64,000 bases of DNA, taken from contig CAWIOP010000003.1 of assembly GCA_963837755.1 (NCBI GenBank), forward strand, positions 659,705 through 723,704, given 5' to 3'. The notes under the pieces are model-generated. The model was given only the letters and a program-made list of their open reading frames with translations, made no database searches and had not been told where the DNA came from. How positions within the stretch are numbered: position 1 is the first letter of the stretch; the number at the start of each line of letters is the position of its first letter. Shown in pieces: positions 48,467 through 57,929 of this stretch. The stretch comes from an uncultured Gammaproteobacteria bacterium. Its GTDB lineage: Bacteria; Pseudomonadota; Gammaproteobacteria; Steroidobacterales; Steroidobacteraceae. The translations under genes and the position numbers were made by a program.

Positions 48467-48730
48467 GGCGCCAAAACGGAGTTGTGAACTCCACACCGGC
48501 AAGACGTTTCAGCGGTGGCTCGCTCGCAGAGGGCCTTGGCGGGGATGTGCAAATGCAGGGATGCATTTGCCCAAGGCCCCGATGGACCGGTCTCACGGCC
48601 GGTCCCCGCCAAGGCCCTCTGCGAGTGAGCCGCCGCCTGCGAACGCACTTCTCCGAAGTACCTCTTTGAGTGCGCGTCCGCCCGCGCAGGCGCCTTGAAC
48701 CCGTCAGAATCTTTGTGCAGAGCTACTAGG
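48467..48730. repeat. Right arm of large foldback (repeat copy R, inverted)
   Basis: Internal 29-nt inverted repeat 48517-48545 / 48603-48631 encloses TGCAAATGC-N6-GCATTTGC (48548-48570). It lacks the 14 nt present in L at 48133-48146. Confidence 0.9.
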
Positions 48731-48760
48731 CTAGTTGGTCGAAGGTCTCGCGGCTATGCG

Positions 48761-51391
48761 TTACCCGCTGCGCGTCAGCTTGCGAATGGCCGCAGTGAGC
48801 GGCCGCGCTGATGCGCCATAGCCCTCCCACGCTTTAGTTCGCGCCAGCAGTGCCGGGGCGCTCGACACGGTGAATCTCTGCGGGGCCAGATCGCTGCGGA
48901 CCTGATGCCATGTCAGGGGCATCGAGACGGTGGCGCCGGGTCTTGCGCGCGGCGACAGCGGCGCCACGGCGGTGGCCATCCGATCGTTTCGCAGGTAGTC
49001 GAGGAAGATCCGCCCGGTGCGGGCCTTCTTCGCCATGTTTGTCACGTAACGATCGGGCGAATCCGCGGCGAGCTGCGCGCAGATGGCGTGCGCAAAGGTC
49101 TTCGCGATGGGCCAGTCGACGCTGCCCTTCGCCGGCTGCGCGAGCTCGGTCACCACATGAAGCCCCTTGCCGCCCGTTGTTTTGCAGAAGGTAACGAGGC
49201 CGAGCGCTTCGAGCCGCTCGCGAAACTCGAGCGCCGCCTCGACTACGCGGGCGAAGGCCACGTCGGGCGCGGGGTCCAGGTCGAAGACGAGTCGGCCCGG
49301 CACGTCCGGATTGCCTGGCAGGCAGTTCCAGGGATGCAGCTCCAGGGCCGCGATTTGCGCCACCTGCGCAAGCGCCTCGACACGATCGATCTGCAGGTAA
49401 GGCTCGCGATCGCCCGAGACGCGCACGAGGTCGAACAGATTCGAGGTGCCGCGCATGGCGTGACGCTGGAAGAACGTCTGACCGTCGATGCCATCCGGCG
49501 CGCGCACGATGGAGCAGGGGCGCCCCTTGATGTGTTCGATCATCCACGGGCCGACGGATTCGTAGTAGCGGGCGAGGTCGAGCTTGGTCACGGCATGGCC
49601 GTTGCCATCATCCGGCCACAGCGTTTTTTCCGGGTTCGAGATCCTGACGCCCATGACTATGGCGGTGCCGTTCCGCGCCTTTGCTGGTGCACGCGCCTCG
49701 CCACGTTGGCTTCGCGGTGTGCCTGCCGCCACGTCGGGCGGTGGCGCGGCGACTTCGATTCTAACTTCGGAAGCGGGCTTGTCTTCGCGCAGTCCTTTGA
49801 ATGCGGCCTGTCGCACCATGCCGGAGCCGGTCCAGCCGGCGAACTCGATCTCGGCGACGACCTCGGGCCTGGCCCAACGAACGTTCGCTTCCTTGCGCGG
49901 CGCGCCCGGGCCTTCGAAAGGGCTCTCGCGGCCTTCCACGGCGTGAAGTCGTGCCCGCACGGACTTTTCGACGCCGGCGCCAAAGCCGGTGCCGACACGG
50001 CCCACGTAGGTGAGCTTGCCATCCCGGTATACGCCAACGAGCAGTGAGCGCACGCGCCCGTGGTCATGTGTCCAGCCGCCGATGATCACTTCCTGCCCGC
50101 CGCGGCATTTGGCCTTGGTCCACGAGTTGCCGCGTCCTGATGTGTAGGGCGCGTTCAGAGCCTTCGAGACGATTCCTTCGAGGCGGGCGCGGCACGCGGA
50201 GGCGAGCGCGGCGTCGCCGCTCGTCCTGAAGTGCTCGACATACTGAAGCGGGCCGCCTTTCGGAGCGCTCGCCAGCAGCGCGTTCAGCCGCTTCTTGCGC
50301 TGCGCCAGCGGCAGCTTGCGAAGATCTTCTCCGTCTTCGAAGAGCAGATCGAACGCGAAGTAGACGAGGTTCGAGTCGTCACCTTTCGACAGGGCGGCCT
50401 GCAGTGCGTGGAAGCTCAGCGTGCCCGAGGCATCGAAGGCGGCGACTTCACCGTCGATGATGCAGTCGGGGAAATTCGCGGCGGCCGCGGCCACGCGGCC
50501 GAACTTCTCCGTCCAGTCGAGCCCCTTGCGAGTGTAGGCGGTTACCGTGCCATCGATCACGTGCAGCTGAATGCGGTAGCCGTCGATCTTGATCTCATGG
50601 CCCCAGCCTTCGCCTTCGGGCGGGCGCTCGACGAGTTTCGCAAGCTGCGGTGGAATGAATCGCGGCGTGGCACCTCGGCTGGTTGTCTTCGCGGGCCGGC
50701 GCGGTTTCGTGCCGCGGTCACCGTCATCGGATTTCGAATGCCACACGGCGTTGGCCTTCGCGCGGCTCTTCGATTTGAGCATGAAGGCCTTGGGCGCGCC
50801 CCCCTTGCCAGCGGCAATCTGCGCCATGGCACGACCGGACGCCGCGGACTCGTCTTCTTCGAGCACGGCGTCGCCTTTGCCGGGGCGTGCGCTCTCGTCC
50901 CGATGCTTGATGAGCAGCCAGTTGGTGCGCTTGCCGCCGAAGCGGTCGCTCTTCATGCGCACGAGTACCCAGCTGCCGCCGAGGCGCTGACCCTCGAGCG
51001 TGAACTTCAGGTCGCCGTCGGCAAGTTGCTCTTCGGGCGAGCGACTGCCTTCAGGCGCCCAGAAGCCGCGGTCCCAGATCTGCACCGTGCCCCCGCCGTA
51101 TTCGCCCGCGGGGATCGTGCCTTCGAAGTCGCCGTAGTCGAGCGGGTGGTCCTCGACTTCCACCGCCAGGCGTTTATCGGCCGGGTCGAGCGATGGGCCG
51201 CGCGTGACGGCCCAGGACTTGAACACGCCTCCGAGCTCCAGCCGCAGGTCGTAGTGAAGCTGGCGGGCGGCGTGCCTTTGTATGACGAAGCGCAGCCGTT
51301 TCGAGGGCGCCACCGCGCGCTGCCCGGGTGGCTCCGCGGTCTTCTCGAAGTTGCGCTTCGAGCGGTAAGTTGCGAGCTCTCTGGAGGCCAC
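48761..51391 (-). CDS. ligD: ATP-dependent DNA ligase D (phosphoesterase-ligase-polymerase, NHEJ)
   Basis: PE domain ([18 protein letters not shown]). Ligase KxDG motif ([11 protein letters not shown]). Primase-polymerase domain ([15 protein letters not shown]). 876 aa. Confidence 0.92.
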   Translation of the reverse strand: MASRELATYRSKRNFEKTAEPPGQRAVAPSKRLRFVIQRHAARQLHYDLRLELGGVFKSWAVTRGPSLDPADKRLAVEVEDHPLDYGDFEGTIPAGEYGGGTVQIWDRGFWAPEGSRSPEEQLADGDLKFTLEGQRLGGSWVLVRMKSDRFGGKRTNWLLIKHRDESARPGKGDAVLEEDESAASGRAMAQIAAGKGGAPKAFMLKSKSRAKANAVWHSKSDDGDRGTKPRRPAKTTSRGATPRFIPPQLAKLVERPPEGEGWGHEIKIDGYRIQLHVIDGTVTAYTRKGLDWTEKFGRVAAAAANFPDCIIDGEVAAFDASGTLSFHALQAALSKGDDSNLVYFAFDLLFEDGEDLRKLPLAQRKKRLNALLASAPKGGPLQYVEHFRTSGDAALASACRARLEGIVSKALNAPYTSGRGNSWTKAKCRGGQEVIIGGWTHDHGRVRSLLVGVYRDGKLTYVGRVGTGFGAGVEKSVRARLHAVEGRESPFEGPGAPRKEANVRWARPEVVAEIEFAGWTGSGMVRQAAFKGLREDKPASEVRIEVAAPPPDVAAGTPRSQRGEARAPAKARNGTAIVMGVRISNPEKTLWPDDGNGHAVTKLDLARYYESVGPWMIEHIKGRPCSIVRAPDGIDGQTFFQRHAMRGTSNLFDLVRVSGDREPYLQIDRVEALAQVAQIAALELHPWNCLPGNPDVPGRLVFDLDPAPDVAFARVVEAALEFRERLEALGLVTFCKTTGGKGLHVVTELAQPAKGSVDWPIAKTFAHAICAQLAADSPDRYVTNMAKKARTGRIFLDYLRNDRMATAVAPLSPRARPGATVSMPLTWHQVRSDLAPQRFTVSSAPALLARTKAWEGYGASARPLTAAIRKLTRSG

Positions 51392-51455
51392 GATATCTGT
51401 TGGCTTCTTTCAGCGCAGCCGCAATGAGTGCCGTTGGCGCGCGCACCGCCCGACT

Positions 51456-52001
51456 TCAGCCTCCACGTAGCGCTGCCTCGACCGCATCGAACAGCGCGCG
51501 AATGCCGAACGACACGTCATGGATCTTCCCGTCCACGAAGAAACCGGGTGTGCCGCGCACGCCGCTCTTCAGGCCGCTGTCGATATGCTCACGCACGCGT
51601 TGCAGGTAGACGTGGTCGTCCATGTCCGCCGTGTAGCGCGCCATGTCGAGGTCGAGCTGCTCGGCATAGCTGTGCAGGTTCTTTTCCTTCAGATGGTCCT
51701 GATTTGCAAAGAGCAGCTCGTGCATCTGCCAGAACTTGCCCTGGGATGCGGCGCACTCGGCGGCTTCGGCGGCGAGCAGCGCATGGGGGTGCATCTCTTC
51801 CAGCGGGAAGTGCCGGTAGACGAAGCGCACACGCTCGTCGAACCGCTCGAGCAGCAGTTTGACGGCCGGCGCCGCCTGCTTGCAGTTGGGGCACTCGAAG
51901 TCGCCATACTCCACGAGTGTCACCGGCGCATGATCGGGGCCGAGCGCGTGATCGACGGCAGTGACGGGCGCGCTGAGGTGAAAACCGGTTCGTTGGGGCA
52001 T
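51456..52001 (-). CDS. DsbA-family thioredoxin-fold oxidoreductase
   Basis: GDFECPNC (CxxC), ...VYRHFPL..., and GVRGTPGFFVDG are typical DsbA/Thioredoxin_4 features. ATG 52001 was chosen inside the longer ORF 51456..52658. Confidence 0.8.
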   Translation of the reverse strand: MPQRTGFHLSAPVTAVDHALGPDHAPVTLVEYGDFECPNCKQAAPAVKLLLERFDERVRFVYRHFPLEEMHPHALLAAEAAECAASQGKFWQMHELLFANQDHLKEKNLHSYAEQLDLDMARYTADMDDHVYLQRVREHIDSGLKSGVRGTPGFFVDGKIHDVSFGIRALFDAVEAALRGG

Positions 52002-52148
52002 GGTGAAGTCCGCTGACCTGCCACAGGCGACGCTATAGTGCCGCGGCGTCGTACGATTGGCAGCATATTCCGCGCGATGGTTGAATCGTTCAACACCTGC
52101 GGCACCGGCATGCGCTAGCGCCGCCGGCCCGCGCAGAGGAAGCAAACG

Positions 52149-53042
52149 ATGCTGGAAATGGTGATCGATCAGCGCCGCCGCGATCTGGGCGGGCTCGAGG
52201 TGGGGCGCGTGCTGCCGTTCCAGCAGCGTCGCATGGTTGGGCCGTTCATCTTTTTCGACCACATCGGGCCCGTGGATTTTCCTCCCGGCATCCCGAAGAG
52301 CGTCGACGTGCGGCCGCACCCTCATATCGGCCTCTCCACCGTCACCTACCTGTTCGACGGGCAGATCATGCACCGGGATAGTGTCGGCTCCGAAGAAGCG
52401 ATTCATCCCGGCGAAGTGAACTGGATGACGGCGGGGCGAGGCATCACACATTCGGAGCGCTTCGAGAAGGCGCGTGCGCAGGGCGATGCCCTGCACGGCA
52501 TTCAGTCGTGGGTGGCGTTGCCGCGCGAGCATGAGGAGATCAGCCCGCAGTTCATTCACTACAGCCGGGACGAGCTGCCCACGTTCGAAGAGCCGGGCGT
52601 GCTCATGCGCATGCTCGCCGGCGAGGCGTTCGGCGTGAATTCCGGCGTGCGCACTCATTCACCGCTGTTCTATCTGCACTGGCAACTGGGCGCGGGCGCG
52701 AAAGTGCAGATGCCTCACGCATACCCGGAGCGTGCCGCATACGTCGCCGCGGGCTCGGTCACGGTTGGCTCGCAGAAGTTTGGCGCGGGCCAGATGCTGA
52801 TCTTCGCGCCGGGCGCGGATGCAGCGCTGACCGCGGACGAACGCTCCGTGGTGATGGGCCTTGGTGGCGAGCCTGTCGGAGGGCGCTTCATCGAGTGGAA
52901 CTTCGTCTCCTCGTCGAAGGAGCGCATCGAGCAGGCGAAGGCCGACTGGCGCGCCGGCCGCATGCAGCTGCCCGACCTCGACAATGGCGAGTTCATCCCG
53001 CTGCCCGGTGGGCCGCCGCCGCCTCCGCCGCCGTTCTCCTGA
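52149..53042 (+). CDS. Pirin-family protein
   Basis: FFDHIGP, RPHPHIGLSTVTYL, GEVNWMTAGRGITHSE are bicupin Pirin motifs. Confidence 0.9.
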   Translation: MLEMVIDQRRRDLGGLEVGRVLPFQQRRMVGPFIFFDHIGPVDFPPGIPKSVDVRPHPHIGLSTVTYLFDGQIMHRDSVGSEEAIHPGEVNWMTAGRGITHSERFEKARAQGDALHGIQSWVALPREHEEISPQFIHYSRDELPTFEEPGVLMRMLAGEAFGVNSGVRTHSPLFYLHWQLGAGAKVQMPHAYPERAAYVAAGSVTVGSQKFGAGQMLIFAPGADAALTADERSVVMGLGGEPVGGRFIEWNFVSSSKERIEQAKADWRAGRMQLPDLDNGEFIPLPGGPPPPPPPFS

Positions 53043-53082
53043 ACGCGCCCTGCCGAGCGCCCGGCCTGCTCCGGCGCGCGGA

Positions 53083-54243
53083 CTACGGCGCGCGGAACGT
53101 GCCGGTAGACGAAAGCTCGTCGAAATGAGTGCCCGTCTCGACGCGCTTGGTGAGCGGCACGCAGTAGATGTCGATGGGGCTGCGGCGACCCCGCAGCGTC
53201 ATCGGCGGCAGCTCCATGGCATCCACCACCACGCCGCGCTCGTCGAGCGAGCGCTTGAACGAGCGCGAGAACAGCATCTCGCCGGCCCGCGCCCGCTGGC
53301 ACAGCCGTGACGCGACGTTCACCGTGTCGCCGACGATGGTGTAATTCATATACGCGGCGGAGCCGACATTGCCGGCAATCACTTCGCCTTCGTTGATGCC
53401 AATGCCGAGGCCCGTCTCGATGTCGTGGTGCTCTTTCCACGCATCCGCGAGCGTGCCGAAGCCTTCGAGCATCTCGCGGGCCGTCACGACCGCGCGCTCG
53501 GGCGCGTCTGACTGCGCCAGCGGCACGCCAAAGCCCACCATGAGGCAGTCGCCGGCCATGTGAAAGATGGTGCCGTCGTGGCGGAACGTGATCTGCGTGA
53601 GCAGCGAGAAATATTCGTTCAGCAGCTGCACGACGGCGTCGGGGCTCAGGCGCTCCGCGATGCTCGTGAAGCCGCGCAGGTCTGCGAACAGCACAACGGC
53701 GTGGGCCCGCAGGTCTGCTCCGGCCAGCAGCGTGCTACGCAGGTTGCCGTCTTCCAGGATGCGGTCTGCGAGGCGCGGGGAGAGGTAGCGGCGGAACATC
53801 TGCCGCAGGTCGTCCCGGCGCCTGATCTCTTCGCCGAGTTGACTGGCCGCGATCTCGCGCCGCGCGGCGGTGGCGCGCACCAGCGTCTCGATGCGAGCCT
53901 GCAGCAGTTCCCGGCTCACGTCGCCGAAGACGAAGTCGTCGGCCCCGGCGGCGAGGGCGGCGACGCGTTCCCGGGAAGACTTGCCCAGGATGAGCACGGG
54001 CAGCAGCACGGTGCGCGGGTTCTGCTTGAGCGACCGGCACAGTACGAGCCCGGACTCGGGGGCATCCGCGTCCACGAGCACGATGTCGGGCGCGAGCTCG
54101 TCGACGCGGCGAATGGTCTCGGCGGCCGATTGGACCACGCTCACCATGAAAGGGCGGTCGGAGTCGCTGGCGGCGTTGGTCGCCAGGGCCGCCGCACGCG
54201 CTCCGGCTGCGACGATTCGAACTGGAAGTTGTGTGACGGACAC
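53083..54243 (-). CDS. Receiver-like domain fused to a class III adenylate/guanylate cyclase
   Basis: Cyclase motifs VLFADLRGFTSIAE, GDCLMVGFG, IGINEGEVIAGNVG, YTIVGDTVNVASRL. The N-terminal CheY-like fold has degenerate active-site residues. Confidence 0.85.
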   Translation of the reverse strand: MSVTQLPVRIVAAGARAAALATNAASDSDRPFMVSVVQSAAETIRRVDELAPDIVLVDADAPESGLVLCRSLKQNPRTVLLPVLILGKSSRERVAALAAGADDFVFGDVSRELLQARIETLVRATAARREIAASQLGEEIRRRDDLRQMFRRYLSPRLADRILEDGNLRSTLLAGADLRAHAVVLFADLRGFTSIAERLSPDAVVQLLNEYFSLLTQITFRHDGTIFHMAGDCLMVGFGVPLAQSDAPERAVVTAREMLEGFGTLADAWKEHHDIETGLGIGINEGEVIAGNVGSAAYMNYTIVGDTVNVASRLCQRARAGEMLFSRSFKRSLDERGVVVDAMELPPMTLRGRRSPIDIYCVPLTKRVETGTHFDELSSTGTFRAP

Positions 54244-54543
54244 GTTGGACGGTTGCCGCTTCTTGTGGCCGGCAGTGTACCACCGAGTTGGCGAAAGTCC
54301 GGTCGCAGAAGGGCCCTGTCTGGCGAGCCATGGTCGTATCCGTGCGCCGGTTGGTCATACAACTGTGTGCGCCGGGCTTGTGGGCGGCCTGGCAGTCGCA
54401 GGTGGCGGGCGGAGGCGGCCTCTGAGAGGCGAACGCACCGCGGTGACGACGGATTGCAGGAGCGTGACGGTGCGCCGGAGGGGTTGGTCGGGTGCTGGCG
54501 ACGCCGTAAGCTCGCGCGTCGTTTGTCGCTGCAGGGCGTCCAC

Positions 54544-56001
54544 TTGAGGCATTTCGTAGTCGCGTTCGTTGGGGTGGCGGTTTTGATGTCGGGGTCGGCG
54601 CGGGCGGCTTGGGAGAAGCTGGCCGCGCTCGAACAGGTGGGTGCCCGCGTCAGCGCGGTGGCCATCGATCTTCGCGATTTCTCCGTCATCGGCGCACGTA
54701 ACGCGAATACACGGCTCACCCCGGCCTCGCTCACCAAGCTGCCCATGGCCGCGGCCGCTCTGGATGCGTGGCCCGCCGACAAGACCTTTCGCACGCGACT
54801 TTTGTCTGCCTCTCCCGTGGCGGGCGGTGTGCTGGACGGCGACCTCATTCTTCAGGGCGACGGCGACCCGTCGCTCGACGACCACTCGTTGTGGAGCCTC
54901 GCCGCGCAACTGAAAGGGGCGGGGGTGACCGCCGTTCGCGGCCGCCTCGTCGTGAACGCCGCGCCGTTCGGCGTGATGAAGTGCGAGACCTCCGACCGTT
55001 GCAAGGCGCTCGAGCGCAGCGATACGGCCTATAACGCGCCGCTATCGTCCGTGGGCGTGGACTTCGGCAACTGGTGCGTGAGCGTGCGGCCCACCACGCT
55101 CGCGCAGCCTGCGTCGGTGCAGGGGTGTGGCGTGCGGTCGTTGCCGGTGCCGGTCGATGGCACCATCAAGACGGTCACTGTGGGCAGCCGCCAGACGTTC
55201 TGGGTGGAGCGCATCACGCGCGCGGGCGGCGACCGGCTGCGTGTGGGCGGCGATATTCCGATGGATGGGGGGCAGGAGCTGTACCGCGCCATGTCAGACC
55301 CGGCCAATGGCGTCGGACTGCTCATGGCCCAGATGCTGGGCGAGATCGGTATCAAGGTAGAGGGGCCGGTGGTGGTTCGGGCCGGCGCCGCGCCTGACGC
55401 GGTGATCGAGCTTGCGCATATCGAAGGGCTGACGCTGCGCGAGCAGCTTGGCCGCATGCTGCGTTTCTCGAACAACTACATCGCCGACGTGCTCACGCTC
55501 AATCTGGCGGCGGCGCTGAACAAGGAAGCGCCCACCGAGCTGTCATCGGCCAGCGGCATCCTGTCGGATTTCATCTCGCGCTCGCAACGTACGGCGAAGT
55601 TGTCGTCGCTCAGGACACCCGCGCCCATCTTCAGCGGCAGCGGTCTCACGCCCGAGAACCTGATGTCCGCGAATGAGCTCGTGAGCCTGCTCGCTCACCA
55701 GTATCGCGACACGCGACATTTCCCCGCGTTTTACGGCGGCCTGGTCGTGCCGCGCGATGCTCCGTTTCAGTTCCTGCGCACGGGCACGCCGGCATGGCTC
55801 GACCGCGTAGCACTGAAAACCGGGACGATGGACACTCCACACTCCGTGTGCGGAATCGCCGGCTATCTGCGCAAGAAAGATGGCGGGTGGATGGCGTTCG
55901 CTGTAATCGTGAACGGCGGACCGGGCATGAAGCACGTGCCGCTGTTCCGCGCCATGGCGGCGGCACGCGGCGACGTTGAAGCGATACTGGAACGCCACTG
56001 A
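54544..56001 (+). CDS. dacB: D-alanyl-D-alanine carboxypeptidase/endopeptidase, PBP4 (S13) family
   Basis: Signal-like LRHFVVAFVGVAVLMSGSARA. SxxK (PASLTKL), LQGDGDPSL, FSNNYIAD, KTGT. The start is uncertain (TTG 54544). The upstream part of ORF 53560..56001 is antisense to the cyclase gene. Confidence 0.85.
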   Translation: MRHFVVAFVGVAVLMSGSARAAWEKLAALEQVGARVSAVAIDLRDFSVIGARNANTRLTPASLTKLPMAAAALDAWPADKTFRTRLLSASPVAGGVLDGDLILQGDGDPSLDDHSLWSLAAQLKGAGVTAVRGRLVVNAAPFGVMKCETSDRCKALERSDTAYNAPLSSVGVDFGNWCVSVRPTTLAQPASVQGCGVRSLPVPVDGTIKTVTVGSRQTFWVERITRAGGDRLRVGGDIPMDGGQELYRAMSDPANGVGLLMAQMLGEIGIKVEGPVVVRAGAAPDAVIELAHIEGLTLREQLGRMLRFSNNYIADVLTLNLAAALNKEAPTELSSASGILSDFISRSQRTAKLSSLRTPAPIFSGSGLTPENLMSANELVSLLAHQYRDTRHFPAFYGGLVVPRDAPFQFLRTGTPAWLDRVALKTGTMDTPHSVCGIAGYLRKKDGGWMAFAVIVNGGPGMKHVPLFRAMAAARGDVEAILERH

Positions 56002-56030
56002 GTGCGGGCAGGTCGCCCTGCGGACGCGCC

Positions 56031-56423
56031 TTATCGATCCAGTCTGGCCGGGTTGCGGCGCTCTATGACCGGCACTTCGTTGCAGCTCAGGAACACATAG
56101 GCGTAGCCCAGGATCACGATGCCGCACACCGCGAACGAGGCGAACATCGCGGGCGCCGCGGCCAGCACGTCGAACATGTGCAGGGCGCCATCATGAGGGC
56201 TCTGGGAATCGAAAAAGGTGGTGAGCAGCAGCGCGAGCGAGCCGGTCCACAGCCAGCGGCGGATGTAGCCGAGCAGGCAACCGCGCATCTCGTAGTTGTG
56301 GCGATAGGCCGCCGCCTTCTCGTCGAGGGTGCCGCGGCTCACGTCCTTGAGCACGGCGAAGGGGGAGAAGTAATTCCACAAGGCTTGCAGCACGGCGAAA
56401 AACTCCCAGGCAATGGAACACAA
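56031..56423 (-). CDS. Hypothetical membrane protein
   Basis: 130 aa with very high third-position GC and 3 hydrophobic segments. No family recognised. TTG start. Confidence 0.5.
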   Translation of the reverse strand: MCSIAWEFFAVLQALWNYFSPFAVLKDVSRGTLDEKAAAYRHNYEMRGCLLGYIRRWLWTGSLALLLTTFFDSQSPHDGALHMFDVLAAAPAMFASFAVCGIVILGYAYVFLSCNEVPVIERRNPARLDR

Positions 56424-56706
56424 CGACCGTCGTTCGAGTTGGTTGCGTCATTGGCCTGGCGGCACAGGTGTGAAGCCCATGGCACGGCGCACCTTCAGCA
56501 AAGGACATCGGCCGATCCACACGGTTCATGAGGCCTGCCCCGGCTGCTTCACAGGCGTTCGGGCGCCCATTTGCGCGCGTCGACCGAGGGCTAGCCTGCG
56601 CTCGTTCGTGGGGCATTTCCTGTTGGCGCGAATCGGCTACAGCGCACTGCAGGGTTGTCACACTTTGGTGCAACCGGGGGAGGTTGCGGCCGCGAGCCGC
56701 CGCCGC

Positions 56707-57045
56707 TCACGCGCCTTTTGAGTGCGGAATGATATGCGCTCCTTGCAGCACCCGGCCTTCGGCGACGAGCACCAGCGGCACGTCCTCCAGCACCTTTTCC
56801 GCGGCTTTCGAGCGTTGGTTCAGCACCGACAGGCCGACATTCAGTCCGACGAGCGTCAGCACGACGAGCGCGGCATGGGTCATGGAGTTGTCGTTGCCGA
56901 TGAGCGCCTGCTGGATCGCCTCGCTGATGATGAGCAGCAACACGAGATCGAACGTCGTGATCTGCGCAAGCGCGCGCTGGCCCGACAGGCGGAACACGAC
57001 GAGCAGGAAGAGGTACACGGCCGCGGCGCGCAGGATGGATTCCAT
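56707..57045 (-). CDS. DUF421 (YetF-like) membrane protein, short form
   Basis: MESILRAAAVYLFLLVVFRLSGQRALAQITTFDLVLLLIISEA matches the DUF421 N-domain. At 112 aa it lacks ~35-40 aa found in homologues between ...VAEGRVL and the terminal ..IIP. Confidence 0.65.
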   Translation of the reverse strand: MESILRAAAVYLFLLVVFRLSGQRALAQITTFDLVLLLIISEAIQQALIGNDNSMTHAALVVLTLVGLNVGLSVLNQRSKAAEKVLEDVPLVLVAEGRVLQGAHIIPHSKGA

Positions 57046-57057
57046 CGTGACACTCCT

Positions 57058-57315
57058 TTACGGAAAGGTGAATGGGTCGATGGGCACTGCCATCTCTTCG
57101 GCGTCGCCGATGACGCGAAGCGTTCCCTGAAGCGCGCCCGCGTGCAGCGGGATTGCATTGAGCGTAATGCGTGCCGAAGCGGTTTGCGGCGCGACACGGA
57201 ATACGAGGATGACCTCCGCGCCAGATGTTTCAACCTGCTGCGGGCGCGGCAGGATGCTCTCGATTTGAAACGCGTGAAGATAGGCCGTGCGGCGATCCGC
57301 CGGCGGGCCTGACAA
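57058..57315 (-). CDS. Hypothetical small protein upstream of the DUF421 gene
   Basis: 85-aa ORF with moderate third-position GC (~70% by hand). It ends 12 nt before the DUF421 start. No family recognised. Confidence 0.3.
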   Translation of the reverse strand: MSGPPADRRTAYLHAFQIESILPRPQQVETSGAEVILVFRVAPQTASARITLNAIPLHAGALQGTLRVIGDAEEMAVPIDPFTFP

Positions 57316-57350
57316 CAGGCCAGGCCCGGCGCGCAGCGCGGAGGGCGGCC

Positions 57351-57776
57351 TCAGCTCTCCAGCTTTGCATTCATCGTGATTCTGGCGTTCAGCACCTTCG
57401 AGACGGGGCAGCCGGCCTTGGCCTTGTTGGCCACTTCCTGGAACTTCGCCGGGTCCGCTCCCGGGATCTTCGCTGTGACATCGAGATGGCTCGCGGTAAT
57501 GGCGAAGCCGTCGCCGACCTTGTCGAGCGTGACGGCCGCGTGCGTCTCGATCTTTTCCGCCGTCATGCCGGCTTCGCCGAGCATGAGCGACAGCGCCATG
57601 GAGAAGCAGCCGGCATGGGCGGCGCCGATGAGCTCTTCGGGGTTCGTGCCCTTGCCGTTCTCGAACCGTGACTTGAAGCCGTAAGGCGCCTCGTTGAGCA
57701 CGCCTGTCTCGGTGGAGATGGTGCCGCTGCCATCCTTGATGCCACCTTTCCAGATGGCCGACGCTTTCTTGATCAT
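57351..57776 (-). CDS. osmC: OsmC-family peroxiredoxin
   Basis: 141 aa. NPEELIGAAHAGCFSMAL and AKAGCPVSKVL carry the two catalytic Cys motifs of OsmC. Confidence 0.9.
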   Translation of the reverse strand: MIKKASAIWKGGIKDGSGTISTETGVLNEAPYGFKSRFENGKGTNPEELIGAAHAGCFSMALSLMLGEAGMTAEKIETHAAVTLDKVGDGFAITASHLDVTAKIPGADPAKFQEVANKAKAGCPVSKVLNARITMNAKLES

Positions 57777-57929
57777 GTGTCCTCTTTGACGCCTGTCAGC
57801 GTGTCACGGGAATGGGACGCGACTATAGCGGATCGCGGTTCCCACGCGGATACCTCACGCGCCCGTCACAAACGCGCCAAGCGCCTTCGGTAGCATGCGC
57901 AAGCACAAACCAGAACGAGGCAGACGCAC

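Noticed and set aside
48294-48596. A minus-strand ORF crossing the foldback core (..TPFWRHGSEQHVQWRREYRDCLHQCVRESYEPAVEYRQPEFPG..) as a possible relic of a REP-associated tyrosine transposase (RAYT). The FW.H ... Y...P.V pattern is reminiscent of RFWEH...DYIH.NPV.
   Set aside because: The resemblance rests on a handful of residues. Part of it lies inside the repeated arm, so it is mirrored on the other strand. No HUH motif region is present. It is worth an HMM check but not supportable by eye.
52002-52658. The upstream extension of the DsbA-like ORF (400-aa version), and likewise the 62919..63290 extension of the LLM ORF.
   Set aside because: The extensions are antisense to or overlap other genes (pirin, the DUF6496-like gene). 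They lack family similarity, and internal ATGs give proteins of canonical length.
53560-54543. The N-terminal 328 aa of the 813-aa ORF that contains dacB.
   Set aside because: This part is antisense to the cyclase gene and has a non-protein-like composition. The PBP4 homology and a signal peptide begin only at about 54544.
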